The notes beneath the pieces are model-generated. The model did not search any database. It was given only the letters and a program-made list of their open reading frames with translations, and had not been told where the DNA came from. The position numbers and the translations under genes were made by a program. Of a stretch of 64,000 nucleotides of DNA, positions 19,923 to 28,827 are shown piece by piece. Source of the stretch: an uncultured Spirochaetota bacterium (lineage in GTDB: Bacteria; Spirochaetota; Spirochaetia; SZUA-6; Fen-1364); contig CAVTHO010000005.1 of the NCBI GenBank assembly GCA_963734545.1, forward strand, positions 512,001-576,000. Direction: 5' to 3'. Positions within the stretch are counted from its first letter, which is position 1. Each line of letters opens with the position of its first letter.

Positions 19923-21951
19923 CCGCCTCCCCGATCTTGAACTGCGCGGTCATCTGCTGCAGTTCCTGCGCGAGGCCGGCCAGCTCCGCCGTGGCGGCGG
20001 ACATTTCCTCCGCCGCTGAGGCGGCGGTCTGCGTCACCTCGTTCACGTTCTCCACCGCGTGGGAGACCTGCCGGGCATTGGTCGTCTGCTCCTCGGCGGC
20101 CGCTGAGATGCTCTGGCTCATGTCGCTCACGCTCTCCAGGGCCCTTGTCAGCTCCTTCACCGCGCCGACCTGCTGCGACATCGAGTCCGACAAGTCCGCG
20201 ATCATCGCCTGCACCATCTGCGAAGCGGTACGGATCTGCTCCATGGCCGCCTGCGACCCCTTTGCCGTCTCCACTCCGCGGGTGACATTCTTCGTGCTTT
20301 CCCTGATGAGGCTTTCGATCTCCTTGGTCGAGGTGGAGCTGCGATCGGCGAGCTTGCTCACCTCGTCCGCCACCACGGCAAAGCCCCGCCCGTGTTCCCC
20401 CGCGCGCGCCGCCTCGATGGCGGCGTTGAGGGCCAGCAGATTGGTCTGGTCGGCGATGTCGGAGATGACGCTGATGATTCCTCCGATCTTCTCCGAGCCT
20501 TCCGCGATCAGGTTGATCCCTTCCACCACCTCGCTGACCGCCCTGGCTCCCTGCAGGGCGTTGTCGACCGACCTGCCGGCCAGCCCCGCGATCTCGGCGA
20601 GGTTCTTCGATACATTTTCGATTGTCTGGTTCACCTGTTCCATGGAGCTGGTTCCCTGCGCCACGGCCCGCGCCTGTGACTGGGCATGCGCGGCCACCTG
20701 GTCCACGGATGCAGTAAGCTCCTCCACTGAAGCGCTCGTCTCCTCCAGCGTGGACGCCTGGCTCTGGGCGCCCTCCGCAAGCTTCTGCGCGCTCGAGGTG
20801 ATCTGCTCGCTCGAGGAGGCCACCTGCTCGGAGCTCCTCTGGATGGTCGCCACCATGTCTTTCAGCCGGGCGGACATGGAGTTCAGCGCCTCCGCGAGCT
20901 TGCCCACCTCGTCGCGGCGGTGGATGGGAAGTTGCTGCGTGAAGTCGCCTGATGCCACCAGCTCCGCAAAAGCCACCCCCCTTGCCAGGGGGTTGGTGAT
21001 GGTGCGGGAGAAGAGAAAGAATATGAGAAAGGCGATGACAAGGGCCGCCGCTGCCACGAGCAGGGTAAGGTTCCTCACTTCGTCCGCCGGGGCCAGGTAT
21101 TCGGAGTCGGGGAGGGTGAGTCCGACGCTCCACCCGGTGGTCTTCACGGGCGCATAGCCCGCGGTCCTCGGCACACGCTGGAAGACGTAGTTCTGAACGC
21201 CGCTCTCCCCCGCCATCATGGCGCGCGCCAGCTTTGTCATGCCGGCCATTTCCGAGGTATTCATCAGGAAGACATTTGCCGCCTGCGGGTGCGCGAGAAC
21301 GAGACCGGTCCTGTCGGTGATGAATGCGTAGCCGCTCTTGCCGATCTTGTTGCTCGCGATGAGATCATTGAGAAAGCCGATATCGAGAAGGGCCGCACAC
21401 ACTCCCACCACCTTGTCGCCGGATCGGATGGGCGCCGCGAACGGCGTGAAGGGCTTCTTCGTCACCTGGTTCAGGGCCGCGGCGCCGGCATTGACCTCGC
21501 CCGCCATCGCGTCCTTGAAATACTGGCTTTCGGCCACATTCACGCCGACGTAATTCAGGTCCGACGCGGCGACGCTCACGCCGTCAGGACCGATCAGAAA
21601 AATGACCTGGTAGCCCTCACCGAGCCCTTTCGTGTGTATGAACCGCTCCAGCCTTTCATTCACGCGGCGCACCAGGTCCGCCGAAGAGTCCGGCTTTTCA
21701 GCAACAGCGGCCGCGGCAGCCACGATGTCCGGATCTATGGAGAGATTCAGCGCGATCTTCTTTTCCTGCTCGAAGACCTTGTCGATCATCTGGGCGATGT
21801 CCTTGGACCGTTCCGCGAGCTGCTCATTCTCCACGGCCCGGAGCCCTTGCGTCGAGTTGGAAATGGCCGCGAACGCCACAAGGAAAAGAGGCAGCACCAT
21901 GATGGCGATCCCGACAAGGATGAGCTTGGCTCCGAGATTCAAGTTTTTCAT
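19894..21951 (-). CDS. Methyl-accepting chemotaxis protein, dCache-HAMP-MA
   Basis: YFKDAMAG and GKSGYAFI Cache motifs, [44 protein letters not shown]; RBS AAAGGAG. Confidence 0.95.
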   Translation of the reverse strand: MKNLNLGAKLILVGIAIMVLPLFLVAFAAISNSTQGLRAVENEQLAERSKDIAQMIDKVFEQEKKIALNLSIDPDIVAAAAAVAEKPDSSADLVRRVNERLERFIHTKGLGEGYQVIFLIGPDGVSVAASDLNYVGVNVAESQYFKDAMAGEVNAGAAALNQVTKKPFTPFAAPIRSGDKVVGVCAALLDIGFLNDLIASNKIGKSGYAFITDRTGLVLAHPQAANVFLMNTSEMAGMTKLARAMMAGESGVQNYVFQRVPRTAGYAPVKTTGWSVGLTLPDSEYLAPADEVRNLTLLVAAAALVIAFLIFFLFSRTITNPLARGVAFAELVASGDFTQQLPIHRRDEVGKLAEALNSMSARLKDMVATIQRSSEQVASSSEQITSSAQKLAEGAQSQASTLEETSASVEELTASVDQVAAHAQSQARAVAQGTSSMEQVNQTIENVSKNLAEIAGLAGRSVDNALQGARAVSEVVEGINLIAEGSEKIGGIISVISDIADQTNLLALNAAIEAARAGEHGRGFAVVADEVSKLADRSSTSTKEIESLIRESTKNVTRGVETAKGSQAAMEQIRTASQMVQAMIADLSDSMSQQVGAVKELTRALESVSDMSQSISAAAEEQTTNARQVSHAVENVNEVTQTAASAAEEMSAATAELAGLAQELQQMTAQFKIGEAAISFPPPGP

Positions 21952-21994
21952 TGCGATCTCCTTTCCCGGCCATTGGGGGCGTGCCGATCCGGGC

Positions 21995-23104
21995 TCAGTG
22001 CTGCGCGGTGAGGAGAGAAGATATCCCGAGGGGAACCCTGACCCCGAGGTAGCGCTCCGGTATCTCCCAGATGACCACTTCCGGCCGAGGGTCATCGACG
22101 GCGCTGCTCCCGAGGTAGCGCTGCATGGGGACGAACGGCCCCTGTCCCTCCACCGCGACCTTCAGAACGTCGGCCTGAACCGCGACCTTCAGCGCGCCGT
22201 CGAAGTTCCAGGCTCCGGCGGCGCTGTAGCTCGTGCCGACCAGGGCAACGGGTATTTGCAGCTCACTGAAGAGCTCCGCGGCGCTTTCCGCGCGCGCGGT
22301 GGTGGATGGCGTTTCCACGATGTCCGGCCGCGGCCCCATTGCCCTCTGAAATGGTCCAAGGGGGATGAAACTCAGCAGGTCCCCCGCGCGCTCGCTCCAG
22401 GAGCCGCGTTCCAGCGCGTACTCCTGCCGCGGGGAGCCCCGCGCGTCCAGCTCGCGCCGCAGGCCGGGAGCGAGCGCCGCGGCGGCAGCGGAGGCGCCGA
22501 AGGCCGTCCAATGCGTGTCCGTGCGAAGGAATACCTCACCGCGGGTCCGCGCTTCCCGGAGCGCCTTTGCGAGGTCGGGCGTGTCAATTCCCCGCGAGGC
22601 GAGCGCGGATCGTGCCGTTTCGTAGCGGCGCGTGAGCGCGGGCGGCAGGTGATAGCGGCCGAGATGATCCGCGTAGATTCCGGCCTTGGTAGGCACGAGG
22701 GCGACCACGAGCGCGATGCCCTTTGCCAGGAGCTGATCTCGGACCGCGCTCACGTATTCTATCGCTTCGCCGAGCGTGCCTCCGGAGGGATCCATTTCGA
22801 TGAACTCTTCACTGGAATACAGCCATCCGTCCTCGCCCACGAGGACCCCCGGCTCCCCTTCCGCAAAAAGCGCGTAGCGCAGCGCCGCCCAGAGCGCGAG
22901 CGCGGGCTTCCGGACGGGCAGTCCTTGTTCGTATCCCTTCTGGTAACCGGCCGCCCACTCGCCGCGCACGACATCCGCATTCGAGGGGGAAGAGAAGGTT
23001 GCCCGGTCCATGAGGGAAAAGACCAGTCCCGCGGCCGACACGGCTGCCAGGATGAACCCGGGGAGCAATCGGACAACCGGCGTGCGTGCGGCCTTCGGGT
23101 TCAT
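21995..23104 (-). CDS. algJ: AlgJ/AlgX-family SGNH-like O-acetyltransferase
   Basis: N-terminal membrane anchor, [19 protein letters not shown] (DxH), [16 protein letters not shown]. Confidence 0.88.
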   Translation of the reverse strand: MNPKAARTPVVRLLPGFILAAVSAAGLVFSLMDRATFSSPSNADVVRGEWAAGYQKGYEQGLPVRKPALALWAALRYALFAEGEPGVLVGEDGWLYSSEEFIEMDPSGGTLGEAIEYVSAVRDQLLAKGIALVVALVPTKAGIYADHLGRYHLPPALTRRYETARSALASRGIDTPDLAKALREARTRGEVFLRTDTHWTAFGASAAAAALAPGLRRELDARGSPRQEYALERGSWSERAGDLLSFIPLGPFQRAMGPRPDIVETPSTTARAESAAELFSELQIPVALVGTSYSAAGAWNFDGALKVAVQADVLKVAVEGQGPFVPMQRYLGSSAVDDPRPEVVIWEIPERYLGVRVPLGISSLLTAQH

Positions 23105-23106
23105 GG

Positions 23107-24522
23107 TCAGAATTTTCCGTACAGGAACAATGGGGAGCTCGCCGCCACGAGCTTGATGACGCCCAGGAGAAACAGCGGGACCACGGCAAGCGCGAGGCGT
23201 TCCGTCGCGCGCCGCCATTGCGCCGGGAGGCGCGCAAGACCACGGGCGAGCAGAGGCCCGCAGTATAACCCGGCGCAGGCAACCGCCATGGCTGCAACGG
23301 CCATGGCGTCGATCTGCCATCGGAGCGCGGCGCTGAAACCGGCCCCGAACAGGCCGGTCATGCCCGCATACATGCGGGCGGCCGCGTCCAGATTCGGCGC
23401 CCTGAAAAGCACCCAGCCGATGATCACGAGGACCATGGTGAAGGCGATGGCGAGGGGACGCGGGACCTTGCGGACCGGCGACGTAGTTCGGCGGAGGCGC
23501 TCGATGGCAAGGAGCAGGCCGTGCCAGGCTCCCCAGAGCACGAAAGTCACCGCGGCGCCGTGCCAGAGCCCGCCCAGGACCATCACGATCAACAGGTTGA
23601 GAAGGGTGCGTCCTTTGCCGCGTCGACTGCCCCCGAGGGGAAAATAGAGATAGTCACGCAGCCAGGAGGAGAGGCTGATATGCCAGCGGCGCCAGAACTC
23701 GGTGATGCTCTCCGACAGATAAGGGCTGCGGAAGTTCTCCATGAACCTGAGCCCCATCATCAGGCCGAGACCGATTGCCATGTCCGTGTATCCTGAGAAG
23801 TCGAAGTAGAGCTGTATCGTGTAGGCGCCTGCGCCGAGCCAGGAATCTGCAAGGGACGGCCGCGACAGCGCGAAGACGGCGTTGGCCAGCGGCGCCACGG
23901 CATCCGCGATGAGCACCTTCTTGCAGAACCCCAGCATGAAGCGCAGCGCGCCCGTGCCGAAATCCTCGAGGGACCTCCCGTCGCGCAGGAGTTGGGGCGC
24001 GAGATCACCGTATCGGTCGATGGGGCCCGAGATGATCTGCGGGAAGATCGTGATATACAGCGCCACCTCCCGCCATCCGCCGGGAGCAAGCGATCCGCGA
24101 TACAGGTCCATCAGGTACGAGACCGCCTTGAACGTGCTGAAGGAGATCCCCACGGGCAGCAGCACGTCCAGCAGGGGAATGGCGCCTGCGCCCAGTGCGC
24201 CCAGCAGCGCGTTCGCGCTCTCGATTCCGAAGTTGACGTACTTGAAATATGCGAGGGTCCCGATGAAAAGCGTGACCCCCAGGGCGAGAAACGCCCGGGC
24301 GCGCGCGCCCTTCGCCCGGGAGGACGCGATTCCGTGCCCGATGAGCCAGGCCGCCGTCGACATGCCGAGGAAGAGCGCGAGGAAATCGAGGCGCCACCAT
24401 CCGTAGAAGACCCAGCTCGCCCCGAGAAGCCAGTAGCGGCGCAGGCGGAACGGCAGCAGGTGGTAGGCAGCAAGGAACAGGGGCAGGAACAGGAACAGGA
24501 ACAGGGAGGAGGTGAAGACCAT
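23107..24522 (-). CDS. algI: MBOAT O-acyltransferase, AlgI family
   Basis: MVFTSSLFLFLFLP, YFKY, LPVGISF, QLYFDFSGYTDMAIG, FWRRWHISLSSWLRDYLY, GLWHGA. Confidence 0.94.
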   Translation of the reverse strand: MVFTSSLFLFLFLPLFLAAYHLLPFRLRRYWLLGASWVFYGWWRLDFLALFLGMSTAAWLIGHGIASSRAKGARARAFLALGVTLFIGTLAYFKYVNFGIESANALLGALGAGAIPLLDVLLPVGISFSTFKAVSYLMDLYRGSLAPGGWREVALYITIFPQIISGPIDRYGDLAPQLLRDGRSLEDFGTGALRFMLGFCKKVLIADAVAPLANAVFALSRPSLADSWLGAGAYTIQLYFDFSGYTDMAIGLGLMMGLRFMENFRSPYLSESITEFWRRWHISLSSWLRDYLYFPLGGSRRGKGRTLLNLLIVMVLGGLWHGAAVTFVLWGAWHGLLLAIERLRRTTSPVRKVPRPLAIAFTMVLVIIGWVLFRAPNLDAAARMYAGMTGLFGAGFSAALRWQIDAMAVAAMAVACAGLYCGPLLARGLARLPAQWRRATERLALAVVPLFLLGVIKLVAASSPLFLYGKF

Positions 24523-24529
24523 CCCCGTG

Positions 24530-25165
24530 CTACTCCACCGCGACGCGGGCCTTGACAGAGAACACGAGCGGTGACGGATCTCCTGCCAGCACGAAGACGC
24601 TGAAGGAAGAGCCCCTGGTCAGACCGAGGTCACCCAGCCCGACAATGGACGTTCCGTTGCTGAATACGGCAAGCGGGACCCGAACAGCGTTCACCACGGC
24701 GAGTCCCGAGGAACGCGGGCCCACCCCGGAAATGACGCCGGTCTTCCCGTCCGCCGTACGCAGATCGATTTTCGCAAGGGGGGAAAGGTTGTACAGAAAG
24801 AGCTGCGCGCGTGCCGGATCGGTGTGCGCGGGGTCCTCAAAGATGCTGATGCCTGTCGGCGCGCACACGATGGTGTAGTAGCGCCCGGATTTCGCGATGA
24901 TTTCCCCTTCATGGCCCGAGGCCTCGAGCTGGTAGATGTCCGGGGTCACCGGTCGATAGGGACTCGCCTTTGCCCATCCGAGCGGCTTGTAGCGCGTTGC
25001 GCCGAGCTCGATCTCGAGCGGGACCTTGCCGGGAATCGCATTGACGAGCCGGACGAACGCGGCATCCCCCGGCACCTCGGGACCGTATACGGAACGGGTC
25101 TCGCCGCTTGCAGGCGTACTGGCGCAGAGCGCGACGAGAATCGCGAACAATGAGGCAGTTTTCAT
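24530..25165 (-). CDS. algF: AlgF-like periplasmic O-acetylation accessory protein
   Basis: Signal peptide, YGPEVPGDAAFVRLVNA, AQLFLYNLS, DLRTADGK; co-oriented with algI and algJ. Confidence 0.8.
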   Translation of the reverse strand: MKTASLFAILVALCASTPASGETRSVYGPEVPGDAAFVRLVNAIPGKVPLEIELGATRYKPLGWAKASPYRPVTPDIYQLEASGHEGEIIAKSGRYYTIVCAPTGISIFEDPAHTDPARAQLFLYNLSPLAKIDLRTADGKTGVISGVGPRSSGLAVVNAVRVPLAVFSNGTSIVGLGDLGLTRGSSFSVFVLAGDPSPLVFSVKARVAVE

Positions 25166-25226
25166 GGCATGTGCCCTGCAGGATCATAGCACCTGCGGGT
25201 TGACGCGGCAAGGAAGCCGGGATTAA

Positions 25227-26474
25227 ATGCCGAAAGGACACCACCACATGACATACCGGCCTCGCATCGGGCTCCTGACATGTGCCGCACTCTTCTGCGC
25301 GGCCGCCCTGTTCGGAAAAACCGGGGAAATCCTCGAGGTCTCCCTGGTGGAGACCCTTTCCCCGTCCAGCATCGACACGCTCATGCCGGAATTGTTCACC
25401 GATATTCCGGCGCCGGCAGCGCGCTACACGGTGGATAGCTACCTCATGCGCCTGGAGAGCACCTACCTGGACGGGAAACCTACTCCGGTGACTGTCCAGG
25501 TTTTCGTGCCGCGTTTCTCGGGGCGAGAAAAAAGGATCATCTACGTGTTCGCTCCGGGCACCACCGGCCTGCGCGATGCATGCCGTCCCTCGCGCGAGCA
25601 TATCGCCGGCATCCATTGGGGGTTGTACCGAACCCACGTGCTTTCCCATGCCGGGCAGGGGACCATCGGCGTCCTCCCCGACTACATGGGTTTCGGGGAC
25701 CCGGATCCGTCCCACAGGCAGCCCTACATGAGCGTGGTGGCCGAGGGACGGGTCATGCTGGACGCCATCCGGGCGGTCCAGGAGTTCCTCTCCCGGAAAT
25801 ACTCCCAGAATGTCTCGGGGACCGCGGTTTTCGTGGCGGGCTTCTCCCAGGGCGGCCACGCGGCTTTTGCCGCCGCCGACCTGCGCGCGCGCTACGCGCC
25901 GAAGGTACGGATAGACGGGATCATCGGCTACGGTCCCTCCACGGACATCGAGGCGCTCTTCCGGGAGTTTCCCGTGGTTGCCCCCATGGCGATCTATACT
26001 TTTTCGAGGATCTACGGCAGGGACAGGTTCGACCCTGACCGCATTCTTGCGCCCAGGTGGGCAGCTACGCTGGAGAAAGATGTCACCCGTCAATGCGTGG
26101 GCGGCATGCAGTCATACTACCCCGCTGCTGCCCGTGATCTGTTTCGCCCCGAGTTTGCTGAAAGCCTGCTGAACGGCACCTTGAAGGAGAAGTACCCGAT
26201 GATCGAAAAGATCCTGCGGGAGAACAGCCCCGGTCTGTCCGGCCACAAGGTTCCCGCCCTCATTCTGGAGGGATCGGACGACGTCGTGGTGTCCGTGAAG
26301 TCGCAGGAGGCGTTCGTCCGGGCATTGTGCAGGACGGGATGCCCCGTCACGTACTCGCTGTACAAGGGGCGCCGGCATGACACCCGCCAGATCGGGTTCA
26401 AGGAGGCGCGCGCGTGGATGGAGCGGCGCGCGCGCGGCGAGCGCCCCGAGACCAGCTGCGGGAGCTTCAAGTGA
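25227..26474 (+). CDS. Secreted lipase/esterase (LIP-type alpha/beta hydrolase), paralog 1
   Basis: Signal peptide, APGTTG, PDYMGFG, GFSQGGHA nucleophile elbow, GSDDVVV, C-terminal His. Confidence 0.85.
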   Translation: MPKGHHHMTYRPRIGLLTCAALFCAAALFGKTGEILEVSLVETLSPSSIDTLMPELFTDIPAPAARYTVDSYLMRLESTYLDGKPTPVTVQVFVPRFSGREKRIIYVFAPGTTGLRDACRPSREHIAGIHWGLYRTHVLSHAGQGTIGVLPDYMGFGDPDPSHRQPYMSVVAEGRVMLDAIRAVQEFLSRKYSQNVSGTAVFVAGFSQGGHAAFAAADLRARYAPKVRIDGIIGYGPSTDIEALFREFPVVAPMAIYTFSRIYGRDRFDPDRILAPRWAATLEKDVTRQCVGGMQSYYPAAARDLFRPEFAESLLNGTLKEKYPMIEKILRENSPGLSGHKVPALILEGSDDVVVSVKSQEAFVRALCRTGCPVTYSLYKGRRHDTRQIGFKEARAWMERRARGERPETSCGSFK

Positions 26475-27688
26475 GGCGCGCGTGCGCCCTGCTTGCCGGC
26501 TCCTGCCTTCTCCTGTTCGCGCGCGCGCCGCTGCGCGCCGACCCGTCGATGCTCCCCGGCAGCGTCATCTCCGTGAGCCCGGCCGGCACGGTTCGGCCCT
26601 CGCAGATCGAGCAGCATGAGAGGGAGCTGTTCAAGGGGTACCCCCTGCCGCCCATGCGCTACGCGGTGGACAGCTACCTGATCCGCTACATGAGCACCGA
26701 CTTCGACGGGTCCCCCGCGGAAGTCACCGCGCAGCTTTTCGTGCCGCGCCTGCCTGCTCCCACGGAGCGCCCGCTCCTCGTCTACGGCGCGGGAACTACA
26801 GGCATTGGCGATGCATGCGCTCCCTCCCTGGAGCAGGCTGAGCACCGCTATCTCGGCGCCTATCGGGAGAACATGCTCGTCTATGCCGGGCTGGGTTTCA
26901 TCGCGGTCCTTCCCGACTATATCGGTTTTGACGATCCTGCGCGGCCGCAGCGGTATTTCAGCAAGGTCGCCGAGGCGCACGTGATGCTGGACGCGGCGCG
27001 CGCGGTCCTTCTCTACTTCCAGTCCTCCTCCCATGTCGTGCGATTGCAGCGCGCCGTATTCGTGGCAGGATACTCTCAGGGGGGACATGCCGCCTTCGCT
27101 GCCGCCGACCTTCGCGGGACCTATGCCCCGGATGTTCCGCTGGCCGGCGTGATCGGGTTCGGTTCGACGAACAATGTGGAGGCGCTGCTGCGGGAAGGGC
27201 CCGCTTATGCGCCGCTCATCCTCTACACCTATTCGCGCATGTACGGCGCTGCGATAAACCCCGCGGACTATCTCGTGGAACGCTTTGCCCGCACTCTCGA
27301 TACCGACGCGACCAGCCTGTGTGTCGACCAGTTCCAGACCTACTACTCCTTCGACGGCGCCCGGGTGTATCGACCGGCGTTTCATGCCGCGCTCTATGGA
27401 CACTATCTCTTCGAGACGTATCACTCACTGGGCGCCCGACTGGAAGAGAATTTGAGCGGCCTCGACGGCCACATGCTCCCTGCCCTCGTCATCCAGGGAG
27501 GGACCGACTTCATCGTCACCTCTGCAACGCAGAAGCTCTTTGTGGATGCGCTCCGTGCGGCCGGCAGTGCCGTCCGCTACAGGGTGTTCCCCGGCGTGCC
27601 GCACAAAGGCATCCGGCAGGCGGGTTTCGCCGAATCGATCGAATGGATGGAACGCATCGCCCGCGGGGAGGCCCCCCCGGCGGACTGA
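26471..27688 (+). CDS. Secreted lipase/esterase (LIP-type alpha/beta hydrolase), paralog 2
   Basis: GTG overlaps the previous stop; signal peptide, GAGTTG, PDYIGFD, GYSQGGHA, GGTDFIV, VPH. Confidence 0.85.
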   Translation: MRRACALLAGSCLLLFARAPLRADPSMLPGSVISVSPAGTVRPSQIEQHERELFKGYPLPPMRYAVDSYLIRYMSTDFDGSPAEVTAQLFVPRLPAPTERPLLVYGAGTTGIGDACAPSLEQAEHRYLGAYRENMLVYAGLGFIAVLPDYIGFDDPARPQRYFSKVAEAHVMLDAARAVLLYFQSSSHVVRLQRAVFVAGYSQGGHAAFAAADLRGTYAPDVPLAGVIGFGSTNNVEALLREGPAYAPLILYTYSRMYGAAINPADYLVERFARTLDTDATSLCVDQFQTYYSFDGARVYRPAFHAALYGHYLFETYHSLGARLEENLSGLDGHMLPALVIQGGTDFIVTSATQKLFVDALRAAGSAVRYRVFPGVPHKGIRQAGFAESIEWMERIARGEAPPAD

Positions 27689-27704
27689 TCGCGGCGTGCG
27701 CGCC

Positions 27705-28740
27705 CTAGGGAACTATCACGCTGCGGATGCCTGCCCCGCCCCTCTCAAGCTCGTCCAGCGTCTTGTTGATCGCGTCTGCATCGAGGGGGAGGGAGCGGGT
27801 GACCACGTGCGTGGTGTCCAGCACGCCGCGCCTGGCCATCTCGATCACCGTGGGCAATTCCGACAGAAGATGGTCGCTGCAGCCGATGATCTCCGCCTCG
27901 TTCCCCAGCACCTCACGATACGTGTCGATCGTGACAGGCTCGTCGCTGATGCCGACCAGGACGGCCCGGCCCATGGGCGTGAGACAGCGCACCGCCTGCT
28001 GCATGGTCAGGGGGCTGCCGAGCATCTCGATTGCCACGTCGACGCCCCGGCCCGCCGTGAGCCGCCGGATCTCCGCCACCGGGTCGACTTTCCGCGCGTG
28101 CACGGGGAGCGCGCCGTACCGGGCGGCGAGATCGAGGCTTTCCTCGCGGATGTCCACCGCGAACACCTCGAGGGCGCCGAATGCCCGGGCAAGCTGGACT
28201 GCGGATATTCCGAGCCCGCCCACACCGATGATCGCGGCGGTCTCTCCCGCCCGCAGCCGGGACTTGCGAAGCGAGTGAAACGCTGTTGCCGATGCGCACA
28301 TCAGGGTGGCGCCTTGCGCAAAGGGAATCTCGCGTGGAAGCAGGAGGGCATTGACGCGCGGGAACAGCGATGTACTCCGCGTAACCGCCGCTCGTGAAAT
28401 GCCCTATCATGAGCACGCGGGGGCAGAACTGCTCGTTCCCCGTGCGGCAGAAGCCGCATTCTCCGCAGGTGATGTTGTAGTGCAGGCACACGCTGTCGCC
28501 CGGCTTCAGGTTCCTGACCCTGGCTCCCGCGCGTTCCACGATACCTGCCACCTCGTGCCCGAGCGTCATGGGAAGAGGGCGCACGGGGGACCTGCCGGCC
28601 CGGTAGTGCGCGTCGGAATGGCAGATGCCGGCGGCACGCACGCGGACAAGGACGTCCCTCTCTCCGATCTCCGGAACCGGGATCTCCTGCAGGGCCAACG
28701 GCGATCCCACCTTCACCAGCCGCACCGCTTTCATGCGCAC
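27705..28740 (-). pseudogene. Zn-dependent alcohol dehydrogenase (MDR), one frameshift near 28355
   Basis: GICHSD, LGHEVAG, CGECGFCRTGNEQFC, then GVGGLG in a second frame. Confidence 0.9.
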
Positions 28741-28827
28741 GTCCTCCCTCCGCGTGCCGGCACTATATGTCAGGGACGCCTTCTTGTAAAACGATCGTGG
28801 AGAAGGGAATGAAAACCACGCGCCGTT

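Noticed and set aside
19475-23647. Long alternative-frame and antisense ORFs (552, 541 and 671 aa)
   Set aside because: They are shadows of the MCP and alg genes caused by high GC and have no recognisable motifs; the same applies to most other overlapping ORFs in the track.
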